Positions 32,652 through 42,665 of a DNA stretch of 64,000 nucleotides are shown here, one piece after another; positions within the stretch are counted from its first letter, which is position 1; each line of letters begins with the position of its first letter. The notes below the pieces were generated by a model, which was not told the origin of the DNA, searched no databases, and saw only the letters and a list, made by a program, of their open reading frames with translations. The position numbers and the translations under genes were made by a program. Source of the stretch: Methanomassiliicoccaceae archaeon (lineage in GTDB: Archaea > Thermoplasmatota > Thermoplasmata > Methanomassiliicoccales > UBA472); NCBI GenBank assembly GCA_963789555.1, contig CAWBKY010000004.1, positions 7,182 through 71,181 on the forward strand, read 5' to 3'.

Positions 32652-34772
32652 TCAGATCTGGTTTCGTACGCGGTCGTGCAGCTCCCCGATCTTTCCCTTG
32701 TTCCAACTGTTGGTCTTCGAGAAGAAGCCCGTCACCCTGGTGATCCCCTCGATGTTCACCGACTTGCAGTAGGGGCAGCACTCCTTCAGGCCGCGCACCG
32801 TCTTGCCACAGTCGAGGCAGGAGGTGAACTCCGGGCTGAACGCTATCTGTGCGTTCTGCGTCGATTCGAAGGTCTTCCTCACGAAGGCGGCGATGGACTC
32901 CGCTGGGGGCTTATGCTCGCCCAGCCAGACATGGGTCAGGGAGCCGGCGTCGATCAGGGGATGGAACATGCCCTCCGCCTTGACGCGCTCGATGGCGCTG
33001 ATCTGAGCTCCTACGTTCAGGTAGGTGGAGTTGGTGTAATACACCTCCCCGGTCGATTTGTTGCCACGGATGGAGGTGGCCGCCTGCAGCGGGTAGTACT
33101 TCTTGTCGAGCTTGGCGAACCGGTAGGCGGTGCTCTCCGCCGGGGTCTGCTCCAAGGGCATCTTGATGCCGTACTTCTCACCCAGCTCCTCGGACACCTT
33201 CTTCATGTAGGCGATGACCTTGAGACCGAACTTGGTGGCGTCCTTGGACTCGTGCAACTGCTGCCCGGTGTGGTACTGCACCAGCTCGTTCAGGCCGACC
33301 ATGCCGATGAGGAACGAGGCCTTCTTGAAGCGGTAGTAGGGCTCGCCGTCCATCTCCATGGTGAGCAGGGCCAACGGTCCGTGCTTGCCCATGCTCAGGA
33401 GCTTCCCGATGAACTCCTTCTTCTGCAGGTGCGCCTGCGCCACCAGGTCGATCCTCTGTCGGATGATCTCGAACAGCTTGTTGTCGTCCTGATGGGCCTG
33501 GTAGGCGATCCTGGGCAGGTTCAGGGTGACGTTCTGCATGGCGGAGTAACGCATCTTCCACGGGGTCTTGGCGTCGTCAAGGTCGCTCTGTTCCAACTTG
33601 AAGGTGAGGCGGCAGCACTCCGAGATCTTGGCGGTGTTGCCCCGGTCGAACACGAAGTAGGTGTTGCCCTTCTCGCTGGCGCACTTCGATATCTTGTTGA
33701 GGAACTCCTCGTGGCCTTCGCTCTGGAAGAACTTGTCCGTCATGTGCACGTTCGGCTTCGGGAAGAAGAACGGGCGCCCCATGGCGTCGCCTTCCATGTA
33801 CACATCGAAGAGGGCGTTGATGAAGCGTTGCGACTCGGGAAGGTAGTCGGAGTAGGTCTGCCCGGTGAACTCGCCCCTAGGCCCGATGGCGGGCACATCC
33901 TCGAAGTGCTTGGGGCACTCCCAGTACAGGTTCAGGTCGCTGAAGATGGACTGACCGCCGCGGGCCACCGCCTGCTGCGCGAACTCGAAGACCAGTATCT
34001 GGGCGAGCTGTTTCATGCGCTCGTCGTCCACATTTACCAAATATGGAGCTAGGAACAGGTTGAAAGCATCCCAGCCAATGGCCCCAGAGAAGTTGCCTTG
34101 TAGGGCGGCGGAGAACTTGACCACCTGCTCGATGAGCACCTCCGGGTGCTTGGCCGGCTTGGCGATGGATATGGCGTTGGGAAGGTTCAGGCCGAACTTC
34201 TTGACGTACTCTATGGACTGACCGCTGCAGTAGGGCCGGTCCACCATGCCTAGGTCGTGCAGGTGCAGGTCCCCCGCCATATGCGCGTCCGCAAGGTCCT
34301 GCGTGAAGACCTCGAGCAGGGCGAACTCCTTCTTGATGCGCTCCGCCAAGGTCAGGTTCGTCGCTTCCGGGCCGTGGGGCACGTTAGCGTTCTCCTTGTT
34401 CGGGCTCATGATGATCTGCCGAGCGTCATAGAGCGGCACACCGAGGCGGGTGTGCTGTCGGCGGATCTTCGATAGCCCGTACTCAACGAGCTTGGCGTTC
34501 GTGAGCTCACGGATCAACGGCGCTGTTATCACCTCTATCTCAAGCTCGGAGATCATCTTCTCGACCTCCCTCGACACTATCGCCGCTGCATCCTCGCTGA
34601 TGGTCGTCTCGCGGATCAGAGCCTCGTAGATCTTGCCCCGGTCCCACTTCCTTATCTCTTCATCGGAGGTCCTTACGAACAACGAAAGTTCAGTCGATTC
34701 CTTGTCGTCATGCGACACTATACCCGGTTCGAACGAGTCCCCTGATTCTCGAGCAGATACGCTTCCCTTCAT
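32652..34772 (-). CDS. nrdD: Anaerobic (class III) ribonucleoside-triphosphate reductase
   Basis: ATP cone, 'HLHDLG', 'PYC', 'SECCR', 'EQTPAES', 'YYTNS', Zn site CLDC/CPYC and glycyl-radical motif 'ITRVTGF'. Confidence 0.95.
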   Translation of the reverse strand: MKGSVSARESGDSFEPGIVSHDDKESTELSLFVRTSDEEIRKWDRGKIYEALIRETTISEDAAAIVSREVEKMISELEIEVITAPLIRELTNAKLVEYGLSKIRRQHTRLGVPLYDARQIIMSPNKENANVPHGPEATNLTLAERIKKEFALLEVFTQDLADAHMAGDLHLHDLGMVDRPYCSGQSIEYVKKFGLNLPNAISIAKPAKHPEVLIEQVVKFSAALQGNFSGAIGWDAFNLFLAPYLVNVDDERMKQLAQILVFEFAQQAVARGGQSIFSDLNLYWECPKHFEDVPAIGPRGEFTGQTYSDYLPESQRFINALFDVYMEGDAMGRPFFFPKPNVHMTDKFFQSEGHEEFLNKISKCASEKGNTYFVFDRGNTAKISECCRLTFKLEQSDLDDAKTPWKMRYSAMQNVTLNLPRIAYQAHQDDNKLFEIIRQRIDLVAQAHLQKKEFIGKLLSMGKHGPLALLTMEMDGEPYYRFKKASFLIGMVGLNELVQYHTGQQLHESKDATKFGLKVIAYMKKVSEELGEKYGIKMPLEQTPAESTAYRFAKLDKKYYPLQAATSIRGNKSTGEVYYTNSTYLNVGAQISAIERVKAEGMFHPLIDAGSLTHVWLGEHKPPAESIAAFVRKTFESTQNAQIAFSPEFTSCLDCGKTVRGLKECCPYCKSVNIEGITRVTGFFSKTNSWNKGKIGELHDRVRNQI

Positions 34773-34935
34773 TACATCACCTAAGCATCAAATCGAAATG
34801 GATCGCTCTCTCATCCCCAAACGAGAGCACAATCCCATCCTCGTATTTCCTGCGACATAACAGATTGGTCCAGCCCATTTATACAGATTTTTGAACTCGG
34901 TCTGGTAACAAAGGTATTTGAGCGAACTTTTATTA

Positions 34936-34971
34936 GTTACCATATCTGTTACCATATCTGTTATCATATGT
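34936..34971. repeat. Three tandem 12-bp repeats GTTACCATATCT (third degenerate)
   Basis: GTTACCATATCT GTTACCATATCT GTTATCATATGT between divergent nrdD and the HTH gene. Confidence 0.75.
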
Positions 34972-35549
34972 TTCACCCAGACAAGGATTTCAGGCTGATT
35001 GTCCTCGACACATTGACCGAAGAGGGTAAATCCATCAGCTCCTTGTCAAAGGACCTCAACAAGAAGGGGTTGAAAATAAATCGCCTGCTACTAACAGGTT
35101 ACCTTAGGGCATTAACGGACCTTAAGATCGTCAGGGAGAAGATAGTCCCGCCTGCGAAGATATACATCCCGATCAAGGGAAAGGAGCAGGATTTCTATCA
35201 GATGATCGGGGAGAGGGCGCGCGAGCTTTTTCCCGGAGAGAGGGTCGAACATGTGATCCTCTATTCCATGAACCGGTTGTTCCGCCGGGCCGTTTTCGTC
35301 GAGGAGCTCGCCCGTTGCGGCATCGAAGGGAACATCCCCGGGACGCAGGCTAACCCGGAGCAAAGGATGGAGGCGAAGAAGGTCCTTGTGCGCAACGGCT
35401 TCAAGGTCCCCGACTCCTCCCGGGCGTACGTCCTTGAGGACCCTGGTTTCGAGAAGGACTACGTCCTGCTCTTGGAATCGATCACTTTGGTATCGCATGA
35501 CGCCTTCTATCTGGTCAAGGAGACGAAGCAGACCAAGCTCACGCTTTGA
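34968..35549 (+). CDS. Hypothetical protein with probable N-terminal winged HTH
   Basis: 'GKSISSLSKDL...INRLLLTGYLRALTDL...KIVPPAKIY'. Confidence 0.65.
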   Translation: MFHPDKDFRLIVLDTLTEEGKSISSLSKDLNKKGLKINRLLLTGYLRALTDLKIVREKIVPPAKIYIPIKGKEQDFYQMIGERARELFPGERVEHVILYSMNRLFRRAVFVEELARCGIEGNIPGTQANPEQRMEAKKVLVRNGFKVPDSSRAYVLEDPGFEKDYVLLLESITLVSHDAFYLVKETKQTKLTL

Positions 35550-35609
35550 GGTCGAGGTTTATATACTCCACGGACAAAGATTATAACGGTCCGGACCATT
35601 CACGATAAC

Positions 35610-36626
35610 ATGGACCTAATGGCCCTGGTGAACGACATCAAGAGCTTTCCTGGCATCACCAGAAAGAAGACCATATCCGAGGTCATCAACTTCTTCCCGA
35701 AGTTCTCCACGGCCAAGGTGCTGGCCTCATACGGGGAGGATGCCGCGGTGGTGGAATGGGACGACCGGGTGCTCCTGCTGGCCGCGGATGGGATCATGCA
35801 GGCCTTGATGAACGCCAACCCGTTCTATGCTGGTTATTATTCAGTACTTGTTAATATAAACGACATCTCCGCCATGGGCGGGGTGCCGATAGGCATGGTC
35901 GACGTACTGTCCGTCAAGGACAACAAGGTCTGCGGACAGGTCATGCGGGGGATGGAGACCGCTGTGCGCAAGTTCGGCGTGCCCATCGTGGGCGGCCACA
36001 CGCATCCGGACTGCACCTACAACGCCATCGATGTGGCCATCGTCGGTTATTGCGATGACAAGGAGCACGTGGTGTACAGCCACACCGCGAAGGCAGGGGA
36101 CGACGTCATCTTCGCCATGGACCTGGACGGGTTCTACCCGGAAGGGCTGATCTATGCCTGGGACACCACCTCGCGCAAGGATTCCGACATCGTGCGGAAG
36201 CAGATGCTCGTCATGAACAAGATCGCCCGCAAAGGTCTCCTACGCTCAGGGAAGGACATCAGCAACCCGGGGACGCTAGGGACGATGGGCATGCTGTTGG
36301 AGACGAGCGGCAAGGGGGCGAGCGTCGATGTGGACAGGATACCACGCCCCCATGGCGTGGATTTCCATCAATGGTTGAAATCCTATCAGGGATGCGGTTT
36401 CACGCTCACCTGCGACCCCGAGAATTCTGACAAGGTCATAGATATGTTCCAAGCCGTCGGGGTCACCGGCGCCGTGGTCGGCAAGGTGGACGATTCTTAC
36501 GTGTACCGTCTGACCAAAGGGGACCGGATGGAAGTGCTCTTCGACTTCAAGTCAGAGCTGATAACCGGTTGCAAGCCCACCAACACGGTCGGTTGGGAAT
36601 CGATAGAGCTGAACGATGGAAAATGA
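35610..36626 (+). CDS. Methanogenesis marker protein 2 (AIR synthase/PurM-like)
   Basis: 'FPGITRK', 'GEDAAV', 'NDISAMGG', 'GGHTHPD' and 'KDISNPG'. Confidence 0.88.
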   Translation: MDLMALVNDIKSFPGITRKKTISEVINFFPKFSTAKVLASYGEDAAVVEWDDRVLLLAADGIMQALMNANPFYAGYYSVLVNINDISAMGGVPIGMVDVLSVKDNKVCGQVMRGMETAVRKFGVPIVGGHTHPDCTYNAIDVAIVGYCDDKEHVVYSHTAKAGDDVIFAMDLDGFYPEGLIYAWDTTSRKDSDIVRKQMLVMNKIARKGLLRSGKDISNPGTLGTMGMLLETSGKGASVDVDRIPRPHGVDFHQWLKSYQGCGFTLTCDPENSDKVIDMFQAVGVTGAVVGKVDDSYVYRLTKGDRMEVLFDFKSELITGCKPTNTVGWESIELNDGK

Positions 36627-36940
36627 GTGCTAGGCCACGAAGGTAGCCGCTCGGATCACTCAAGGTTGATCAGTCATTAACTCCGCCCCGCAACCCTACG
36701 AGCGTAGGTAGTCCACGGTTAGGCTGCTCCCGTCAGGGCCTGACCCGTTCCCCGTGATTAGGACCAGGGGCGCAACCCTCCAGCTGCGCCGCGAGATCGC
36801 CGCCTGCCCCGCAGGACGAGACATCAACATCTATGACTGGGCCTTAGGTTCTCCGGATACGACGTCCTCCGCTGTCACCCCCGCGTATCGACGATTTCGG
36901 TGTATAAGGGCACGCCGAGCGTCCCGGTCTAGCCTAGCGC
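36627..36940 (-). ncRNA. ffs: Archaeal SRP (7S) RNA
   Basis: Helix 8 GGGAACGGGTCAGGCCC-TGAC-GGGAGCAGCC. Complementary ends GCGCTAGGC/GCCTAGCAC. About 314 nt. Confidence 0.9.
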
Positions 36941-37134
36941 TGTCGCATACAGGATGATGCTATTAAAATGTTTTCCAATCGTTCCAGCCAGCATCCATAT
37001 TGAATGTTCGTCTCGCCGCCCGGTCCTGTTCGATAGCGAGGGGATCGAAACAACCTTCACATTGTAAGCGGTGCCCTCGCTTCGCCATAAAGCAGATTAA
37101 GGGGCCGCTCCAATGGTCGGGGGAGGTCAGGATA

Positions 37135-38004
37135 TTGCCGGTGGAGACTAAACCAGCATGGCTAAAGATTCGCCATATGCCGACCGAAGGCATGGCGGAG
37201 ACGAGGCGGATGAACCGCGAGCTGGGCCTTCATACCGTTTGCGATTCCGCTCATTGCCCTAACATCGGTGAGTGCTGGAGGACCAAGAGCGCCACCTATC
37301 TGATCATGGGCAACAACTGTACAAGGGACTGCCATTTCTGCGCCGTCGCCCATGGGCCCCCAGACGCCTTGGACCCAGACGAACCGCGGAGGGTGGCGGA
37401 GGCGGTGTCGCGGACCGGCTTGGAATACGTCGTCATAACGTCCGTCACCAGGGACGACCTGTTGGACGGGGGGGCCTCTCATTTCGCCGAAACGACGTCA
37501 GCCATAAGGGGGAGGAACCCAGGATGTCTGGTCGAGCTCCTCATCCCGGACCTGCGAGGGGACATGAAGGCCCTGCAGACAATTCTCCAGGCCGCACCAG
37601 ATGTCCTCGGCCACAACATCGAGGTGGTGAGGCGCCTGCAGCCCATAGCGCGGGATCGGATGGCGTCCTACGAGAGGTCGCTGGCATTGCTCCAGGCAGC
37701 GAAGATGGTCAGACCTGAGGTCGTGACCAAGTCCTCGTTGATGCTGGGACTGGGCGAGACCGAGGAAGAGGTGCAACAATGCCTGCAGGACCTGGTCCAT
37801 GCGAAGGTGGACATCCTTACCGTGGGGCAGTACCTGCGACCGAGCTCGGACCATTTGCCGGTGGAAAGATATTACCCGCCAGAGGAGTTCACGTCGATAA
37901 GGGGGCGGGCTTTGGGCATGGGCTTCAAGGCCGTTCTTTCCGGACCGTTCGTCCGTTCATCTTACAAGGCCAAGGAGGCCTACCATATGGCTAGAGGAGA
38001 GTGA
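37135..38004 (+). CDS. lipA: Lipoyl synthase
   Basis: CX4CX5C (CDSAHCPNIGEC), CX3CX2C (CTRDCHFC), 'GQYLRPS' and 'VRSSY'. Confidence 0.95.
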   Translation: MPVETKPAWLKIRHMPTEGMAETRRMNRELGLHTVCDSAHCPNIGECWRTKSATYLIMGNNCTRDCHFCAVAHGPPDALDPDEPRRVAEAVSRTGLEYVVITSVTRDDLLDGGASHFAETTSAIRGRNPGCLVELLIPDLRGDMKALQTILQAAPDVLGHNIEVVRRLQPIARDRMASYERSLALLQAAKMVRPEVVTKSSLMLGLGETEEEVQQCLQDLVHAKVDILTVGQYLRPSSDHLPVERYYPPEEFTSIRGRALGMGFKAVLSGPFVRSSYKAKEAYHMARGE

Positions 38005-38008
38005 GAGT

Positions 38009-39091
38009 TTGCTAGTGGATGATTTCGACCCCTTGAAAGGCAAGAGACTGGAGATCCTGAGGAAGGACGGCAGCGTCAACAAGGAACTGGAGCCGAAGAT
38101 AGATGACGGCACGTTGCTCAAGGCCTACCGCACCATGGTGCTGACCCGGGTCGCCGACGATAAGGCAGTGAAGCTGCAGCGGCAAGGCCGACTCGGCGCC
38201 TATCCGCCCACCAAGGGGCAGGAGGCCAGCCAGATCGGTCCCGCCCTGGCCATGGGACCGAACGATTGGCTGGTCTGGGCCTTCCGCGAGCTGGGAGGCC
38301 TGATCTACCGGGGCGTCCCGCTCTGGCGCCTCTACCTTTACTGGATGGGCAACGAGGAGGGCAGCAGCTATCCCGAAGGGGTGCGTGCGACGCCATCCGT
38401 CGTCCCGGTCGGCTCGCAGGTCCCGCACGCGGTCGGCATCGCCTACGCCGCCAAGCTGAGGAAGGAGGACACCGCCGTGGTGTGCTTCTTCGGCGACGGC
38501 GGAACGTCCGAAGGGGACTTCCATGAGGGGCTGAACTTCGCCGGGGTGATGCGCACCCCGAACGTCTTCATCTGCCAGAACAACCAGTGGGCCATCTCCG
38601 TCCCGAGGGAGAGACAGACCGCTTCAAAGACCATCGCCCAGAAGGCGGTGGCCTATGGCTTCCCCGGGATACAGGTCGATGGCAACGACGTCCTCGCCCT
38701 CTATGCGGCGACCAAGGAGGCGCTGGAACGGGCCAGGAAAGGCGAGGGACCGACGCTCATAGAATCATACACCTACCGCATGGGGGACCACACCACATCC
38801 GATGACGCCACCCGCTACCGATTGGACAAGGAACTAAAGGAATGGGCGGACCGCGACCCCATCGCCAGGTTCAGGGTCTACCTGACCAACCGAGGTCTAT
38901 GGGGCGAGGAGAAGGAGAGGGCATTGCTGGAAGAGGTCTCCGCCATGGTGGAGGAGGAGGTCAAGAGGGCCGAGTCCTTCCCGAGACCGACCTTCGAGGA
39001 TTGCTTCCGCCACACCTACGCCACCATGCCGGACGACCTGAGGGAGCAGATGGAAGCGCTCCGCAGGGAACTGCCCACCGGGAGGGAGTGA
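38009..39091 (+). CDS. pdhA: 2-oxoacid (pyruvate-type) dehydrogenase E1 alpha
   Basis: 'LQRQGR', 'GQEA', TPP motif [15 protein letters not shown]...QNNQW and '[11 protein letters not shown]'. Confidence 0.92.
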   Translation: MLVDDFDPLKGKRLEILRKDGSVNKELEPKIDDGTLLKAYRTMVLTRVADDKAVKLQRQGRLGAYPPTKGQEASQIGPALAMGPNDWLVWAFRELGGLIYRGVPLWRLYLYWMGNEEGSSYPEGVRATPSVVPVGSQVPHAVGIAYAAKLRKEDTAVVCFFGDGGTSEGDFHEGLNFAGVMRTPNVFICQNNQWAISVPRERQTASKTIAQKAVAYGFPGIQVDGNDVLALYAATKEALERARKGEGPTLIESYTYRMGDHTTSDDATRYRLDKELKEWADRDPIARFRVYLTNRGLWGEEKERALLEEVSAMVEEEVKRAESFPRPTFEDCFRHTYATMPDDLREQMEALRRELPTGRE

Positions 39092-39093
39092 AC

Positions 39094-40071
39094 ATGGTCA
39101 TGATGAACATGGTGCAGTCCATCAACCTCGCGCTCCGCGAGGAGATGGACCGGGACCCCAGCGTCGTGCTGTTGGGCGAGGACGTGGGGGTGGACGGCGG
39201 GGTGTTCCGCGTCACCGAAGGTCTGCTCGACCGATTCGGGACGGAGAGGGTCATCGACACCCCGCTGGCCGAGGCCGGCATCGCCGGGGTCGCCATCGGG
39301 ATGGCCATGAACGGACTGCGCCCGGTGGCCGAGGTCCAGTTCATGGGGTTCGGCTATCTGACCTTGAACCAGATGATCTGCCATGCGGCCCGGATGCGCA
39401 ACCGCACCCGGGGTCGGCTCACCGTCCCCATGGTGCTTGCGCACCCCATACGGCGCGGGCGTGAAGGCGTTGGAGCATCATTCGGAGAGCACGGAGGCCC
39501 TGTTCACCCAGATCCCCGGGCTCAAGGTGGTGGTACCATCCACGCCATTGGAGGCCAAGGGCCTTCTGACCTCTTCCATTCGTGACCCCGACCCGGTCAT
39601 ATTCTTGGAGCCGACGCGCAGCTATCGCATGCTCAAGGAGGAGGTGCCCAGCGGGGAGTACACCGTGCCCTTGTCCCAGGCCCGGGTGGTCCAGGAAGGC
39701 ATCGACCTCACCGTCATCGGCTGGGGTGCCATGATCCCGCAGATACAGAAGGCGTTGGATCGACTGGCGCGGCAAGTACAGTTGCGAGGTCATCGATCTG
39801 CGCACGCTCTCCCCATTGGACTCGAACACCATCATCCGGTCGGTCAAGAAGACGGGACGGTGCGTGGTGGTGCAGGAGGCGCCCAAGAGCTTTGGCGTCG
39901 GAGCGGAGATAGCCGCCCGCATCAACGAGAAGGCGTTGCTGTCGCTGGAGGCGCCGGTGGAGCGGGTGGCCGCCCCTGACATCACCATCCCCTTGCCCAA
40001 GGGCGAGGACTACTATTACATAGGACCAGAGAGAATTAAAAGACGCGATCGAAAGGACCATGGGCTTCTGA
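39094..40071 (+). CDS. pdhB: 2-oxoacid dehydrogenase E1 beta (frameshifted)
   Basis: 'GEDVG..GGVFR', 'DTPLAE', 'EVQFMGF', 'EHHSES' and 'VIDLRTLSP'. Confidence 0.9.
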
Positions 40072-40080
40072 GGTGGACAA

Positions 40081-41331
40081 ATGGCGACTAACTTCGTATT
40101 TCCCGACCTGGGGGAGGGCGTGACCGAGGGTGAGATCAAGAAATGGCTCGTGAAGGTCGGCGACAAGGTGAAGCTGGACCAGTCCCTGGCGGAGATGGAG
40201 ACGGACAAGGCGGTGGTGGAGATGCCCTCGCCCGCCGCTGGCAAGGTCCTGCAGTTGAACTTCAAGGAGGGTGACATGGTCCAGGTCGGTCAGACCCTGG
40301 CGGTCATAGGCGAGGAGGCCGAGGCCCCTCCGCCCGTCACCAAGAAGGTGGAGGGCAAGCGCGAGTCGATATCAGTGGTGGGGGAGCTGCCCACCGAAGA
40401 GATAACCGTATCTTCCACCGCCACCAAGGTCGCGGAGGCGACGACGGCAGATGTGCTCGCCACGCCGGCAGTGCGAAAGCTGGCCAAGGACAAGGGCGTG
40501 GAGATCTCCAAGGTGCGCGGCTCTGGTCCGGAAGGAAGGGTCATGGAAGGGGACATCAATGCCGCCGCGCTCCCGGCCAAGCCGAAGCTGGCATCCCGCC
40601 CCAAGTTCGACATCTATGGCTGGGTGGAACGGGTCCCGATCAAGGGCGTGAGGCGTACCACCGCCAAGCACATGATGGAGTCCCAGGCCAAGGTGGCCGC
40701 CGTGACCACGATGGACCAGGCCGACGTCACCGACCTGGTGGCCATGAGGGAGAAGGTGAAGGTGGCGGTGGAGAAGGAGCGTGGGGTGAAGCTCACTTAC
40801 ATGCCCTTCATCATCAAGGCGGTGGTGGCATCCCTGAAGGCCCATCCGCTGCTCAACTCCGTGGTCGATGACGAGGCGGAGGAGATCGTCATGAAGAAGT
40901 ACTACAACATCGGCGTGGCCGTGGCCATCGACGACGGTCTCATCGTGCCGGTGGTCAAGGGGGCGGACCAGAAGAGCATGGTGGACCTGGCGGAGGAGGT
41001 CCACAAGCTCGCCGAGATGGCGAGCGCTCGCAAGCTGGACCTGGCCGACCTCAAGGGCGGGACGTTCACCATCACCAACTACGGGGTGTTCGGGAGCACC
41101 TACGGCACGCCGATCATCAACTACCCCGAGGTGGCCATCCTGGGCGTGGGAAGGATCATGGACATGCCCCTGGTCGTCAACGGGGAGATCAAGGCGCGCA
41201 AGGTGCTGCCACTGTCGCTCACGTTCGACCACCGGGCCTTCGACGGGGCGGAGGCGGCGAAGTTCGTCAATGACCTCAAGAGGTATCTGGAGAACCCGGA
41301 GCTGCTCATATTGCAGGCGTCTAGCGGCTGA
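40081..41331 (+). CDS. pdhC: Dihydrolipoamide acyltransferase E2
   Basis: Lipoyl site ETDKA, subunit-binding domain 'ATPAVRKLA...GSGPEGR' and catalytic 'FDHRAFDG'. Confidence 0.93.
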   Translation: MATNFVFPDLGEGVTEGEIKKWLVKVGDKVKLDQSLAEMETDKAVVEMPSPAAGKVLQLNFKEGDMVQVGQTLAVIGEEAEAPPPVTKKVEGKRESISVVGELPTEEITVSSTATKVAEATTADVLATPAVRKLAKDKGVEISKVRGSGPEGRVMEGDINAAALPAKPKLASRPKFDIYGWVERVPIKGVRRTTAKHMMESQAKVAAVTTMDQADVTDLVAMREKVKVAVEKERGVKLTYMPFIIKAVVASLKAHPLLNSVVDDEAEEIVMKKYYNIGVAVAIDDGLIVPVVKGADQKSMVDLAEEVHKLAEMASARKLDLADLKGGTFTITNYGVFGSTYGTPIINYPEVAILGVGRIMDMPLVVNGEIKARKVLPLSLTFDHRAFDGAEAAKFVNDLKRYLENPELLILQASSG

Positions 41332-42076
41332 GGTTCCATTCGTCGTTGGAGTAACGGTCGCGGGCAATGACCTCCACCCGGGCCGACTCGTCACGGCTCA
41401 GGTCGTCGAGGAACCACTCCTTGCCCTCGACGAAGGCGTTGAACATGGCGAGCAGCAGCTCCTCCAGGGTGGCCTCGGAGACGTCCCTGACGCTGGTGAC
41501 CCGGTCCTGGAACGAGGCCAGGTCCTTGTCGGAGATCTTGGTGCGACCGACCTTGAGCACCGAGAACATGGTCTCGGGGTCCACGTCGAACAGGACCGTT
41601 CCGTGCATGGTGAAGACGCCCTGCCGGCGGGTCTGCGCGCTGCCGGAGATCTTCCGACCTCCCACCAGGATATCGTTGATGGGCTTGAACTCCGCCTCGA
41701 TCCCTATGGCCGCCAGGCCGGCGACGATGAGATGGCATATGTCGCGATAGGAGGCGTTGATGTCCTTGCTCACCAACCGCTCCGGGCAGATGACGCTGTA
41801 GGTGATCTCCCCCTCCTCGTCATGGTACACGGCGCCTCCGCCGGTGCGCCTCCGCACCAGGTCGATGCCCCTCCGCCGGCATTCCTCCAGCTCCACCTCG
41901 TCCTCGGCGCTCTGGAAGCGGCCTATGCTGATGGCGGAGGGCCTCCACCCGTAGATACGGACGGTGGGCGAGGCCTCGTTGAAGGATATGGCCTCCGCCA
42001 CCGCCTCATCGATGGCCATGTTGACGGCGGCATTGTGGTATTGGAAAGGTATCAGGCGCCATCTGTCCCGGAGCAT
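41321..42076 (-). CDS. lplA: Lipoate-protein ligase catalytic subunit
   Basis: 'NMAIDEA', 'RRRTGGGAVYHD', 'NDIL..GRKISGSAQ' and 'HGT'. Confidence 0.9.
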   Translation of the reverse strand: MLRDRWRLIPFQYHNAAVNMAIDEAVAEAISFNEASPTVRIYGWRPSAISIGRFQSAEDEVELEECRRRGIDLVRRRTGGGAVYHDEEGEITYSVICPERLVSKDINASYRDICHLIVAGLAAIGIEAEFKPINDILVGGRKISGSAQTRRQGVFTMHGTVLFDVDPETMFSVLKVGRTKISDKDLASFQDRVTSVRDVSEATLEELLLAMFNAFVEGKEWFLDDLSRDESARVEVIARDRYSNDEWNLSR

Positions 42077-42365
42077 ATCTCCTCCAAAAGCTCGGCCACG
42101 TCCCTGGGGGCGAAGCCGATGACCGTCAAACCCTCCTTCTCCATGGTCTCGATCAGGGCCTTCTCGGCGCTCGCGAAGAATGCCCGATGGTGTTCAATCC
42201 CGTCAGGGCGACCTCCATCTTGGCCAGTCCCTCCTCCGGGTGCACGAAGAAGTCACCTTCGATGCGGACCTCTGCCAACATCCCCCCTTGCACGGCGGCC
42301 TTGACGCGCACCAGCTTGCCGCCCTTCACCTTGCGCTCGGCCATGCGATAGGGGGAGCGTTCCAT
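42052..42365 (-). CDS. Lipoate-protein ligase C-terminal (LplB-like) subunit, frameshifted
   Basis: 'KVKGGKLVRV' and 'IEGDFFVHPEE'. Confidence 0.8.
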
Positions 42366-42665
42366 CTACTTGACCTCGGCCCAGGCCTTGAGCTTGTCCA
42401 TGTTGATGCGGGCGCCGCAGATGGCCTTGCCCGTCCTTTCGTTGTAGAAGGCCGGAACGCCCAGGTCCCCGCCGCAGGCCTCGGAGATGACATCGCCGTA
42501 CTTCTGCATCAGCTTCTGGTTCTCCTGGTCGTGCCAGACCTCCAGCCGGTCCAAGGCGATGCCGGTCTCGGCCTCGAACTGATCGACCACTGGCTTGAGC
42601 TGTCTGCAATGCGGGCACTCCCTTCCATGGAACCAGATCAACCTCTGTCCTACCTCTGCCATCAC
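42366..42665 (-). CDS. Thioredoxin-fold protein (CPHC)
   Basis: 'FHGRECPHC', 'LEVWH' and cis-Pro loop 'GVPAFYN'. Confidence 0.85.
   Translation of the reverse strand: MMAEVGQRLIWFHGRECPHCRQLKPVVDQFEAETGIALDRLEVWHDQENQKLMQKYGDVISEACGGDLGVPAFYNERTGKAICGARINMDKLKAWAEVK

Noticed and set aside
36754-37134. ORF 36754-36957 and the long 5' extension of lipA
   Set aside because: The first overlaps the SRP RNA. lipA has a better start (TTG 37135) behind a GGAGGT RBS.
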